DNA from: Octopus bimaculoides
Taxonomy: Eukaryota
DNA length: 64,000 nucleotides
Reading direction: 5' to 3'
NCBI RefSeq assembly: GCF_001194135.2
Contig: NC_068991.1
Location: 24,275,920 to 24,339,919 of the forward strand
Below the pieces are notes generated by a model. It had not been told where the DNA came from. It saw only the letters and a list, made by a program, of their open reading frames with translations, and did no database searches. Shown in pieces: positions 1 to 11,233 of the stretch (position 1 is its first letter; each line of letters opens with the position of its first letter). Position numbers and translations under genes: made by a program.

Positions 1-223
1 AAGCCTAGTACTTATTCTATTGGTCTCTTTTGCCGAACCGCTAAGTTACGGGGACGTAAACACACCAGCATCGGTTGTCAAGCGATATATACGACGGGAT
101 TCTTTCAGTTACGTCTACCAAATCCACTCACAGAAGAAGACACTTGCCCAAGGTGCCACGCAGTTGGACTGAACCCGGAACCATGTGGTTGATAAGCAAG
201 CTACTTACCACACAGCCACTCCT
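1..223 (-). mobile_element. tRNA-derived SINE, family A
   Basis: The minus strand reads gtgtggtaag...ggttccgggttcagtcc (A/B-box-like head), then ggcaccttgggcaagtgtc, and a tail ...gaataagtactaggct shared with the copies at 9410, 10205, 37708 and 55072. Confidence 0.8.
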
Positions 224-257
224 AGGGTGATAAGGTGTATGTACTTATGCGTGTCTT

Positions 258-289
<32 letters not shown>

Positions 290-344
290 TGTATGTATGT
301 ATATATGTATGTATGTAATTTATCACAGTTATCTGTATTGCGAT

Positions 345-412
345 GCTGAAATTCGCTTTTTCTTTTCTTTTACTGTAGATGATTGCAGGGCGTGATTTGG
401 TGCCACTTTACA
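345..412 (+). promoter_or_regulatory. 3' splice site and 5' UTR part of globin coding exon 1 (implies an upstream exon outside the window)
   Basis: Branch-like CTGAA at 346-350, pyrimidine tract at about 352-376, AG at 377-378, and a second possible AG at 387-388. Confidence 0.65.
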
Positions 413-603
413 ATGGGTTGTAGGAACTCATCTATCGAGAAGAAGTTGTCATTGGAGACTGATAACAGAAACTTAGCACAAACAAATACGCGTCCCATAA
501 AAGAAAGACCTCCTTTTAACGAAAATCAAAAACAACTAATTCGAAAGTCGTGGAAAATTATTCAAGCTGATATAGCAAAAGTCGGTGTGATAACATTTCT
601 CAG
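413..603 (+). CDS. Globin (globin X-like, predicted N-acylated), coding exon 1: MGCRNSSIEKKLSLETDNRNLAQTNTRPIKERPPFNENQKQLIRKSWKIIQADIAKVGVITFL(R)
   Basis: ATG at 413 in strong Kozak context (A at -3, G at +4). The A helix has Trp A12 (IRKSWKII) and the B helix is present. The exon ends AG|gtattt at 603/604, a phase-2 intron in the B12 Arg codon (canonical B12.2). Confidence 0.93.
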
Positions 604-671
604 GTATTTGAAATTATATTTTTCTTTGTATTCGTTTGTTGTGCTTATGTTTACCTTTTAACTTTTACTTG

Positions 672-790
672 TTTCAGTCATTATAGTGAGACCATGTTGG
701 AGCACCGCTTTGAAGAAGTTTTAGTTGAACGAATCGACCCCAGTACTTTTTTTAAAGTCTGGTACTTATTCTATCGATTTCTTTTGCCTG
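672..790 (-). mobile_element. SINE family A, 3' fragment
   Basis: ggagcaccgc...gaatcgaccccagtact...ggtacttattctatcg is the reverse complement of the family A tail. Confidence 0.7.
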
Positions 791-834
791 TCATCCTTTC
801 GTGGGCGATAAAATAAGTACCAGTTGAACACTGT

Positions 835-1817
835 GGCCAAATCAGGAGAATAGGGAGGGAGGTCAACCAGTTCAAAACCACAGTCACGCACAGAAGCCAT
901 TGAAACCAAAGACTTGTGTATTGGAGTATTGTCCTGATGAAGCAAAACTCCTTTCGCCAGTTTTCTTGAGCGTTTCGTCTTGATAGCCATTCCTAACTGC
1001 CTCAGCAAGTTGGCATGGTACTCTCCATTGATGGTGTAACCCTTTTGAAGCACAGTGACTTTTGCATCCCGAAAAACTGAGGTCATCACTTTCCCTGCAG
1101 ATGAAACGACCTTGACCTTCTTTGGAGCAAGTGAGGTGGGGTATTTCCACAGCTTAAATTGTCTCTTTGTCTCTAGCTCAAAGTGATAAACCCAACACTC
1201 ACCCTGCGTTAGGAAACGTTCAAGTAAACTAGCTGGAGCTGCATCAAGTAATGTCAGATTTTCTTGTGATGTGATTCGTCTGATTCAGATCTTCTTGTAA
1301 TGTGATTTGATCAGGTGTCGAAAGATGTAGCACACGCAGATCAGAAACCTTCGTCATGCCAAGTTCATTGCGCAGAATATTCTCAGTTCTCTCATGAAAT
1401 ATGCTAATCCTAATAGAGTTGGCTTTTTATTTTATAGTCTCTTACCTGTCACCCCTCAGTATGTAGTGAACACGATCATTCTTTTTTTTTTTGTGGTGTT
1501 GGCAGTTGCAGAACATCTAGACATTGAGTGATCTTCGAGATGCTCCCTCGCCCTCCTAAATTCAGCTGCCCACTTTTGCACTGTTGACAAAGCTAGAGTG
1601 CCATACCCTAATGTAGCAACCATGTTGGCACGATGCCAAATTTTGCCGATTTCCAAGAGTTATTTTTGAAGTCTTCTTTGAACAGTGAGATGTCAGTTCA
1701 GCTGCGAAAAAAATGCAGTTATTAATAAGAAGTGTTGAAACTAATGCTTGCATGATTTCACAACTCTAGCTTCACTTCTTCATAGTCAGCCTATGAACTT
1801 TTCAGCTCATCCTCATA
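835..1817 (-). mobile_element. Mariner transposase remnant with one TIR
   Basis: Frameshifted motifs LSTVQKWAAEFRR (HTH), INGEYHANLL, LLHQDNTPIH and LPPYSPDLA. TIR-like tatgaggatgagctgaaaagttc on the minus strand at 1795-1817. Confidence 0.88.
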
Positions 1818-1842
1818 TATGTATTATATATGGGTACGTATT

Positions 1843-1886
<44 letters not shown>

Positions 1887-2188
1887 CGCGTGTGTCTGTG
1901 TGTCTGTGTCGGTGTGTCTGTGTGTGTGCGTGTGAGTGTGTGTGTACGCATGTACGTATGTATATATGTATGTTTATTCTTATGTCTCTATGATTATATG
2001 AATACACATGTGCACATATGCATACTTATATTTATAGACAGATACATACATACATACATACATACATAGGTGTATATATGTGTGTGCGCGCATCTCTATG
2101 CGTGGATGTATGTACACATGTATGTAAACACGTATGCATGTATGCATGCATGTATGTATGTATGTATGTATGTATGTATGTATGCATG

Positions 2189-2220
<32 letters not shown>

Positions 2221-2791
2221 CAAGAACATACACTAATTTGTCACCATATTCGAAAACCAATAGCAAACACGTTATCTTTAAAATGGCGTCTTGGCACAAG
2301 TGGATATATAGTTGAAAGATTAAGAATTTCACTCGCAATTACACGGCACGCGTTCTATACTATTGTGTAGCATAATCTTTTACTACACCCTTAGGTTAAC
2401 ACTAGGTCTGCGAGTAAAATTTTGGCAGACGCAAAATATATGGAAACCTGTTCAAAACACTAAAAATCTAATAAAAACATACAGCGTTGTCACGCTATAT
2501 GAAGTTGATTTTACCTGCGCGTATGTGTATGTGTGGGGATGTATGGGTGAAGGTATGTGTGTGTGCATGTGTATACGCGTGCATATGTATAAATATATAT
2601 ATATATATGCACACGTATGTAATTGTGTGTGTATGTAAATATACATTATGTAGACAGGGTTATAATCCAAGAGTGTCCTCGTGAAATAGACCTGCATCTT
2701 CCAATACCCAAAAATTGTATGCAGATGTTAAGATTGTGTGAGGTATGCATAAAAGTTGAAAACTACTGGAAAATAACTCTTGCTGAGTAAT

Positions 2792-2998
2792 TACATATCA
2801 CAACAGGAAATTGGAAAAATGTTTGGTCGTCTTTATTCACCATTACACGTGTTTCAATTGGTAATGAGAGTTACAAAATTGTACATGATAGGAGATATCT
2901 TGCATGTTTCTCTTACGTGTACATTTTTGTAACTCCAGTTAGCAAATGAAACACATGCAATAGTGAATATCTTTTCCAATTCCCTGTTTTGATATGTA
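2792..2998. mobile_element. About 200-bp imperfect palindrome (MITE/foldback-like) with TA at both ends
   Basis: tacatatcacaacaggaaattggaaaa...attcaccattacacgtgtttc...gagttacaaaattgtaca is mirrored by tgtacatttttgtaactc...gaaacacatgcaatagtgaat...ttttccaattccctgttttgatatgta. Confidence 0.7.
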
Positions 2999-3003
2999 CG
3001 TGA

Positions 3004-3044
<41 letters not shown>

Positions 3045-3738
3045 AATATGTGTGTGGAGGCGTATATAGCAGTTACGATCCTCCATTCACCCTCGCAACT
3101 TAACCCTTCATTTAACCTTTTGTATTGCCATATATAACATATCTAATAAACCAAAGAAAAAGCTCAAGAAGAAAAAATAAACTATTTTCTCAATGTGATA
3201 AGCATAAAATGCTATATACATACATACATACATACATACATACNNNNNNNNNNNNNNNNNNNNNNNNNNNNNNNNNNNNNNNNNNNNNNNNNNNNNNNNN
3301 NNNNNNNNNNNNNNNNNNNNNNNNNNNNNNNNNNNNNNNNNNNNNNNNNNNNNNNNNNNNNNNNNNNNNNNNNNNNNNNNNNNNNNNNNNNNNNNNNNNN
3401 NNNNNNNNNNNNNNNNNNNNNNNNNNNNNNNNNNNNNNNNNNNNNNNNNNNNNNNNNNNNNNNNNNNNNNNNNNNNNNNNNNNNNNNNNNNNNNNNNNNN
3501 NNNNNNNNNNNNNNNNNNNNNNNNNNNNNNNNNNNNNNNNNNNNNNNNNNNNNNNNNNNNNNNNNNNNNNNNNNNNNNNNNNNNNNNNNNNNNNNNNNNN
3601 NNNNNNNNNAACTACTAGCGTTCTACCTCAGATTTGCGTTTGGCCGTACGGCTTTTGAATGTTGTTTTCACTGTCCATTTTTTCCTGTCTTGGTTTGTGT
3701 TTGCCACCTTGGAATCCTCTGTGTAGTGGGTTGATCCA

Positions 3739-3794
3739 CTACTCAGGAAGAGACTATTCTAGAGTACGTTCTGTCTTGTCTTCGAAACGTCTAG
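3739..3794 (+). ncRNA. Degenerate hammerhead relic (core CTCAGGA, G5 to C)
   Basis: CTA-CTCAGGA-A-GAGAC...GTCTTC-GAAAC-GTC-TAG. Stem I CTA/TAG, stem II GAGAC/GTCTTC, palindromic ACGT stem III, GUC triplet. One invariant core base is altered. Confidence 0.35.
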
Positions 3795-4465
3795 ATAGAA
3801 TAGAGACAGCTGATGAAGGGATATTCCAAGTGGCTTTCCGTTTTCCTATGTGTTCGTTCCGTTGTCTGTAGTTTATTGTTCTAACGTCCTGTACCCTGAT
3901 ATGCATGTATATACACATGTAGATGTAAGTATGTACATATATGTGTGTATACATGTATATATATTCTTTGTATTATTACATACATACAAACATATATACA
4001 CATGTATATACATTTATATATGTATATATATGTATATAGATAGATACATACATACATACATATACATATATATATCTAACATTATATATGTAATATGTAT
4101 ATATTACATATATAAATAATATAATACATAGACTAATTTTATTACATATGATATATATAAATGATGATAAATTACTTATTTCTCTAAATGTCATATCATT
4201 GATATTAAACATTGATATTAAATAATGCCATATCATTGATATTAAATATATAGAGAAAGGGGGAGAGAGAGCGAAAGAGAGGAAGAGAGAGACAGAGAGA
4301 TTAATGACAAAAATATATATTGATGACGGAAAGCTTTGGATTTGTTTTAAAAGTGCTCTATACACGGTTAGATGTTTGACATCTTAATAGGTGAAGGGAA
4401 GTAAGCCCCAAAGATTATACTCGCAAGTAAATCAGTGTTCTCAATATAAATATAAATATTATGTT

Positions 4466-4662
4466 AAACTGTCGTATGTCCAAATTTGACCAAATTCGTT
4501 TTTTATTTTTTTCAATATTTGATTTTGCTTGCAATAGCTGTTCTTTTGGTCAAACTATCTTATCTCCAGCTGCTTCAGATTCCAAGATATAAAAATTGTC
4601 AAAGTGTAATACAATGGTTTTGCATTTTCCAAACGTTTAGTAAGTCCCACATACGACAGTTT
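4466..4662. repeat. 14-bp perfect inverted repeat pair (possible old MITE)
   Basis: aaactgtcgtatgt at 4466-4479 and acatacgacagttt at 4649-4662. Confidence 0.45.
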
Positions 4663-5049
4663 TGCAAAAATAGTTCTGACTGAAAATATCATACATGCAT
4701 GAAGTTACGATTTTATGCACCCAACAAAATATTACTGTTAAGCTGAAACTGTTGCTAATGTAAAAAGAAATAAATTGGTGAAACTATTTTTCCGTTTTCG
4801 GAAAAAGAGACTTTTGGACTTACGACACTTTGCATAATAGCAACGATATATGTGCGCGCGCGCGCGTGTATTATTTTCCAGTGATTGGTGGGTTTTTAGA
4901 GGATTTTTTGGCTCTGATTTTCACAGTAATGCAGGCACCTCCTGTGCCCTATTATAATTATAAATTAATAATAAAATTATATATATATATATACATATAC
5001 ATATACACACACGCACACACACATTCACACACACACACACACACACAAA

Positions 5050-5084
<35 letters not shown>

Positions 5085-5433
5085 TATATATAAAACAGAG
5101 ATGTGTGTGTAATCGCTTATCACGTGAAAACGGCTTCACTATTTACTTCCATACTTGTGATGCATGAATAATTTGACCTCGGATAAATCTTAGGCTCTTC
5201 ATTTGATTTTTTTAATTAAAAATAAATAATATTGCTTTATATTTATGATTCACTTCTTTAAAAAGGTTCCTCAATGTCAACTTCCGGTATTGGCGTAACA
5301 ACGGCTTACATACTTGTGATGCAATGTCAACTTCCGGTAATGCATATTTATGCATGTACGTATACATGACAACAAACCTCTCTCTCTCTCTCTCACTCTC
5401 TCTCTCACTCTCTCTCTCTCACTCTCTCTCTCA

Positions 5434-5469
<36 letters not shown>

Positions 5470-5491
5470 NNNNNNNNNNNNNNNNNNACTG

Positions 5492-5531
<40 letters not shown>

Positions 5532-5642
5532 TAGTGGGTTCCACAATCGCCATTTATTTCAATTACTCTTGTGAGGATATTCACGTAAATCATTTCTTTC
5601 ATTTAATCCCCATTTTAATTTTCGTAAAAGTTTCCAATTACG

Positions 5643-5915
5643 ATCATCATCGTTTAACGTCCGCTTTCCATGCTAGCATGGGTTGGACGATTTGACTGAG
5701 GACTGGTGAAACCGGATGGCAACACCAGGCTCCAATCTAATTTGGCAGAGTTTCTACAGCTGGATGCCCTTCCTAACGCCAACCACTCAGAGAGTGTAGT
5801 GGGTGCTTTTACGTGTCACCCGCACGAGGGCCAGTCAGGCGGTACTGGCAACGGCCACGCTCAAAATGGTGTCTTTTATGTGCCACTCCCGAGCAACGCC
5901 GGGTGCCTCTGCTAG
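5643..5915 (+). mobile_element. Interspersed repeat, probably a SINE or LINE 3' end (family D)
   Basis: GC-richer block starting (atc)n-gtttaacgtccgctttccatgc and containing ggatgcccttcctaacgccaacc, a motif recalled from non-LTR element ends. Single copy here; class is inferred. Confidence 0.5.
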
Positions 5916-6580
5916 TATATATATATATATATATACACACACATGTATATTTGGGTACATGACGTCACCAACGGTGCAAATAACATGAAATGCGTAAACG
6001 AACGAGGGAAAAACGAATGAAATATATATATATGCACTCCTCATTTCGTGCATATATATATATATAGTTTGTATGATATATTATATTGATATTCATATTA
6101 AAATAAGCATTGTTGTTGTACTGTTATAGTGAATTGAAAATATCCAAGTTATATTATGTCAAATGTAGAAAACAAGTACTGAATTATGGAAGAAGAAAAG
6201 CGTGAAATGAAATGTCAAATAGATTTACAGATGTGTGAAAATTTAATAATGTAAATCTAATAAATATCTAGCGAATTCATGACGTAATCTATGGAAGATC
6301 AAACGAACTGAAAGTGTAAAAGTTTCATCAAGGTGAAATAGTACATCACTTTTAACTGTCATAGTAGAGGCAAAATTATTACAATTTATTGCAGTGTGGG
6401 CAGAGAGATATTCATATGTGCATGTGTATGTATGTTGGGAGGTTGATCATGACTTCAAAATAACGGCTTACAAACCATCAGCAGATTGTGGTTTTCTTTG
6501 ATCTTTCAGGCTTTCCGTCTACTGTTTTCATATATACATATTAATGTGTTATATGTGTGTGTGTGTGTGTGTGTGTTTGT

Positions 6581-6653
<73 letters not shown>

Positions 6654-6664
6654 ATATATATGCA

Positions 6665-7945
6665 TATCATAGTATCGAGCGGGCTATCAGATGCTGTTAT
6701 ACACGGCTGGTCACAATGCGCTTCCAATTTTTGCCTTGATTACGCCATTCTATTCCATCTTGACCTAATTTGCTTGAGAAAATCGTCTTCCCATCGTCAT
6801 GGAGGCCTTCCAAGCGCTATTTTCCGATCTCCTGGCTACCATTCGACAACTGCACGGGTCCACCTGTTGTCTGTGAACCTTGCAACATGTCTGACTGGGC
6901 GGAACTTGTGCTTTCGGTACTCTGCGATCAAATCTTTCACTCTGTTCCAATCTTGAATTATCTCGTTTCGAATGTGCTCTCGAAAGGATATGCTAAGCAC
7001 GGATATTTCCATGGCCCTTTGCGTCGTAGCTAAACGAGGTTCTATCCTCTTGCATAGTAGCTCACATCTCACTTGTATATAAGAATGCAAGTAAGACGCT
7101 GTTATTGAAGTGGGCACGTGTGACATTGTCTAGCTTTGTTTGGGGCACATCCTTTATTGATTTGAATGCCTTTCATCCTGCCCTTATTCCCGTTGAGATT
7201 TCAGCATCCATATCTCGGTGCATATTTACTGTGTACCTCAAATAGACATACTCCTTTACCTCCTCGATTTCATTACTACCCAACTCTATTCGGCCTTGTG
7301 CTACGTCTTCCGATCGCATATATTTTGTTTGTATGTAGTTCATTTTAAGACCTACTGCTAAGCTCTGAGTCTTCAGTTCTGTCAGCATGGGCTACAGATG
7401 GTTTGTGGTTTCAACGATAAATACAATGTAATCTGCGAATCGGAGGTGTTTTAGTTGTTCGCCATTGATGTTCTCGCCGCCTAACCAGTCGATGTCCTTG
7501 ATGGCCGTTTCTAGACATGTGGTAAAGATCTTTGGGGAGATGGTAGTATCTTGCTTGGCACCCTTCTCAATTAGGACCCTTACTGGTGGTGATAGCAGAC
7601 CTATATCTGTTGCACATTCAGAGTTCGCATCTCTGAGCAGTTTGATGCATTGCGCCTCGGCACCTTACATATCCTATTAAGACTTCCTGCAATATGCACC
7701 GTTTATCGACCATGATGTTGTCAATTTCATTTTTGTGTCGAGCATTTGGAGTTATCCAGGTCCATCTCCTTCCAGGTTGCTTCATGTATAGACCGTTCTC
7801 GATGTAAAGTTTTCTTGTCTCTTCCATGGTAACCAAACGTTTCTCTTCCCTGATCCAAACTTACCAACATATTTGTTTCCCTGTCGTCCTTTTCCAACCT
7901 TTGTGTTGAAATCTCTCATCATTATGGTGTAAGTAGATTTGTGCG
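6665..7945 (-). mobile_element. RTE-clade LINE remnant, internally deleted
   Basis: AP endonuclease motifs IMMRDFNTKVG and NEIDNI, RT motifs GAKQDTTISPKIF, HLRFAD and VGLKMNYIQTKYM, and C-terminal HVARFTDNRWTRAVVEW. Many stops and frameshifts. Confidence 0.85.
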
Positions 7946-8019
7946 CTAGGGCACTGCAAATATTACTCTTATTAAAGGATAATAAATATGAAAATATCTT
8001 TACCGTTGGTGCCGTTTTA

Positions 8020-8524
8020 AAACGTCGCAATGATCGATACATTGCTAAATCACCTTCTGAAGTACAACTACCCCAGCGGTATTTATGTGTGGACCCAAGA
8101 TGGTTCTCCTGTTCATACGGCGAAGAAAGTGCAGAAATTCTGCGAAGGCAATTTCGTCGACTTTTGGCCTGCCAACCTCTACCTTTCTCCCAGCCCAGAC
8201 TTGAACTCCCTGGACTATGCCGTGTGGGGCAAATTGGAGCACTCTACCAACAGTACTTCGCATCCAAGTCTTGATCATTTTAAGCAAATCCTGAGGGAAA
8301 GTGGGACAACATGTCTGAGTACTTCATCATAAAGAGTTGTGACGCCTTCAGGCGGCGTGTGAAGGCTATGGTGAACATTGAAAGCAGACATATTGAATAA
8401 TTTGTCCCATTATACCCCTATAAACTTGTGTTAAAATTATATTTATGTCAGATTGCTAGTTGTTGTAGTATAAACAGTTTGGTGAATTATCTATTATTTT
8501 CCAAGTTTTGTTTCCCACCTTATA
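8020..8524 (+). mobile_element. Tc1/mariner maT-type (DD37D) transposase 3' fragment
   Basis: WTQDGSPVHT...SPDLNSLDYAVWG with 37 residues between the second and third Asp. TIR-like caagttttgtttcccaccttata at about 8502-8524. Confidence 0.85.
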
Positions 8525-8586
8525 TATATATGAATATGTTATATATATATATATTAGTGACGCGCGCACGCGCGCACGCACACACA

Positions 8587-8636
<50 letters not shown>

Positions 8637-8728
8637 TATGTGTATATGTATAGAAGTATATATGTATGTACGGATACATATATGTGTGTATGTATGTATG
8701 TATGTATGTGTGTATGCATGTATGTATG

Positions 8729-8760
<32 letters not shown>

Positions 8761-9409
8761 NNNNNNNNNNNNNNNNNNNNNNNNNNNNNNNNNNNNNNNN
8801 NNNNNNNNNNNNNNNNNNNNNNNNNNNNNNNNNNNNNNNNNNNNNNNNNNNNNNNNNNNNNNNNNNNNNNNNNNNNNNNNNNNNNNNNNNNNNNNNNNNN
8901 NNNNNNNNNNNNNNNNNNNNNNNNNNNNNNNNNNNNNNNNNNNNNNNNNNNNNNNNNNNNNNNNNNNNNNNNNNNNNNNNNNNNNNNNNNNNNNNNNNNN
9001 NNNNNNNNNNNNNNNNNNNNNNNNNNNNNNNNNNNNNNNNNNNNNNNNNNNNNNNNNNNNNNNNNNNNNNNNNNNNNNNNNNNNNNNNNNNNNNNNNNNN
9101 NNNNNNNNNNNNNNNNNNNNNNNNNNNNNNNNNNNNNNNNNNNNNNNNNNNNNNNNNNNNNNNNNNNNNNNNNNNNNNNNNNNNNNNNNNNNNNNNNNNN
9201 NNNNNNNNNNNNNNNNNNNNNNNNNNNNNNNNNNNNNNNNNNNNNNNNNNNNNNNNNNNNNNNNNNNNNNNNNNNNNNNNNNNNNNNNNNNNNNNNNGGG
9301 GGGGGGGGGATTGTGTTGGTGTGTGTGGGAGGTGTTTGAATTTAGCGGCAAGAGGAAATAGTGCTCAATCCAGGAAAACAGTGATAAAGCTGAAATGTTT
9401 ATGAGACGT

Positions 9410-9862
9410 AGACATATTTCTGTGGTCAAGAAACTCGCTTTACAACCATTTTTGTGGGGGTTGAGTCTCACTGCGCAGTTCCTTGGGGAAACGTCTTCTA
9501 TCATAGCCCTGAGTCAAGCAATGCCTTGTGAATGAATTTGGTAGGCAGAAGTTGTATGGAATTCCCTCATGTATATATAGGAGTGGGGGGTGCGTGCGTG
9601 CGTGCGTGTGTGTTTGTGTGCACGTGCCTGTGTGTGTGTGTGCGTATGTGTGTGCATATGTATGTGTAGCTTTGTGTTTGTGTTCTCCGTCATACCGCTT
9701 GACAACTGGTACTGGTTTGTGTGCGTGACCGTAACGTAGCAGCTCGATATAAGAGACCGATAAATCAAGTATCAAACTTTTTTAAAAAAAGTACTAGGGT
9801 CGATTCGTTCGACTAAACACCTCAAAGTGGTGCCCCAGCATGGCCGCAGGCCAATGAGCTTC
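9410..9862 (+). mobile_element. SINE family A, diverged full-length copy with internal (GT)n
   Basis: tgtggtcaagaa head, ccttggggaaacgtcttct, central microsatellite, and tail gtcgattcgttcgact...ccagcatggccgcag. Confidence 0.75.
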
Positions 9863-10204
9863 TTCAACAGTACAGCTTGTCTTGTTTGTTTCTTTGTTTG
9901 TTTATTTGTTTGTTTAGATTTTAAGCACTTATAGAGGGAGTTTTTGTCTATTAATCGCAATTGATTAGAGTTTATCAATTCAATAGAACGACATTGATTA
10001 ACTTCAATTTCAGAACAAGAATTATTGTTGCCAGTGTGTTTCTTTTGAGTATTTTAGCGAAGGAGCGTTTTGTCAGGCATTGAAATGTCAACAGCTCTGT
10101 TCTTCAACCGCCACATACGTTAAAGATATATAAATTATTCAACAGTGAAGCTAAATATATTCTGTAGATACTGATATGTTTTAGTGTGGTTTATTCACGG
10201 GTGC

Positions 10205-10244
10205 AAACGTGGCTATGTAGTGAAGAAGTGAAAACCCGTCGCGC

Positions 10245-10280
<36 letters not shown>

Positions 10281-10443
10281 ATCAAGTCCTTGTAACTTTG
10301 CAGTTCGGCAAAAATGCACCGATAGAATAAGTACTAGACTTTAAAATACAATAACTGAAGGAATCGATTTGTTCGATTAAAACTTTCAAGGCGGTGCACC
10401 AGCGTAGTCGTAGTCCAATGTGTAAAACAAGCAAAAGATAAAA
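10205..10443 (+). mobile_element. SINE family A, partial
   Basis: ccgatagaataagtactagac...aaggcggtgcaccagc tail. Confidence 0.7.
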
Positions 10444-10454
10444 CATAAGTAATA

Positions 10455-10768
10455 ATTATTTACATTTGACGGATATTTGTCCTCATCTTGTTTGTTGTTA
10501 ACACAACGTTTCGACTGATATACCCTCCAGCCTTCGTCAGGTGTCTTGGGGAAATTTCGAACCTGGGTTCTCATTCCTAACGATGTTACTATTATTATAT
10601 TATTATTATTATTATTATTACTATTATTAATCAGGTCGCTGCCGTGAATCGAACTCGGAACCTTGGGGTTAGTAGCCCGCGCTCTTAACCACTACGCCAT
10701 ATAATGTAAATAATGTAAATAATGTAAATAATGTAAATAATTCCTCATCTCTTAAATATAGAACTGTA
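10455..10768 (-). mobile_element. tRNA-headed SINE-like element with (AAT)n linker and hammerhead-bearing (PLE-like) tail
   Basis: Minus strand: A box TGGCGTAGTGG (10689-10699), B box GTTCGATTC (10646-10654), (aat)n at about 10590-10630, HHR at 10500-10545. An (aatgtaaat)4 block lies in the opposite orientation at 10703-10738. Confidence 0.75.
10500..10545 (-). ncRNA. Minimal type I hammerhead ribozyme motif
   Basis: GACAC-CTGACGA-A-GGCTG-(10 nt)-CAGTC-GAAAC-GTT-GTGTT. Intact core with one extra A before stem II, 5-bp stems I and II, loopless palindromic ACGT stem III, GUU triplet. Confidence 0.75.
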
Positions 10769-10785
10769 TAAGTAATAATTATATT

Positions 10786-10991
10786 GCTTTGGCACAAGAC
10801 CAGCAATTTCGGGAAGGGAGCTAAGTCGATGACATTGAGCCCAGTGCACAACTGGTACTTACTTTGTCAACCCCGAAAGTATGAAAGGTAAAGTCGACCT
10901 CGGCGGAATTTGAACTCGAAACGTAAAGACGGGCGAAATGCCGCAAAGTATTTTACCCGGCTGGCTAACGATTCTGTCACCTCGCCGCCTT
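10786..10991 (-). mobile_element. tRNA-derived SINE, family B (Meta-domain-like core)
   Basis: Minus strand: aaggcg...gaatcgttag (A box), gagttcaaattcc (B box), and a central ctttcat...ggggt...aagtaccag domain. The superfamily name is from recall. Confidence 0.85.
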
Positions 10992-11027
10992 GTTAGTAGT
11001 AACTATATTTTGTTGATACAGATATAC

Positions 11028-11233
11028 TTTTCTACTCTAGGCACAAGACCTGAAATTTTGGGGGAGGGACAGTTGATAAGATCGACCCCAGTAGGCAACT
11101 GGTACTTAATTTATCAATCCAGAAAATATGAAAGGTAAAGTCGACCTCGGCGGGATTTGACAGAACGAAGACCGACGAAATACCGCTAAGCATTTCTCCC
11201 GGCGTGCTAACGTTTCTGCCAGCTCGCCGCCTT
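11028..11233 (-). mobile_element. SINE family B with target-site duplication
   Basis: Full-length copy flanked by ttttgttgatacagatata at 11008-11026 and 11232-11250. Confidence 0.9.

Noticed and set aside
383-412. TTG-initiated N-terminal extension given by the ORF track
   Set aside because: The TTG lies just after a splice acceptor and an in-frame TGA. ATG413 has a strong Kozak context and yields the MGxxxS motif.
3810-3830. CTGATGA-AGGG as a hammerhead core (also at 63294)
   Set aside because: No closing stem II or GAAA follows in either copy.
10632-10700. tRNA gene
   Set aside because: A and B boxes are present but the acceptor and anticodon stems pair poorly, and the sequence continues into a repeat body, so it is a SINE head.
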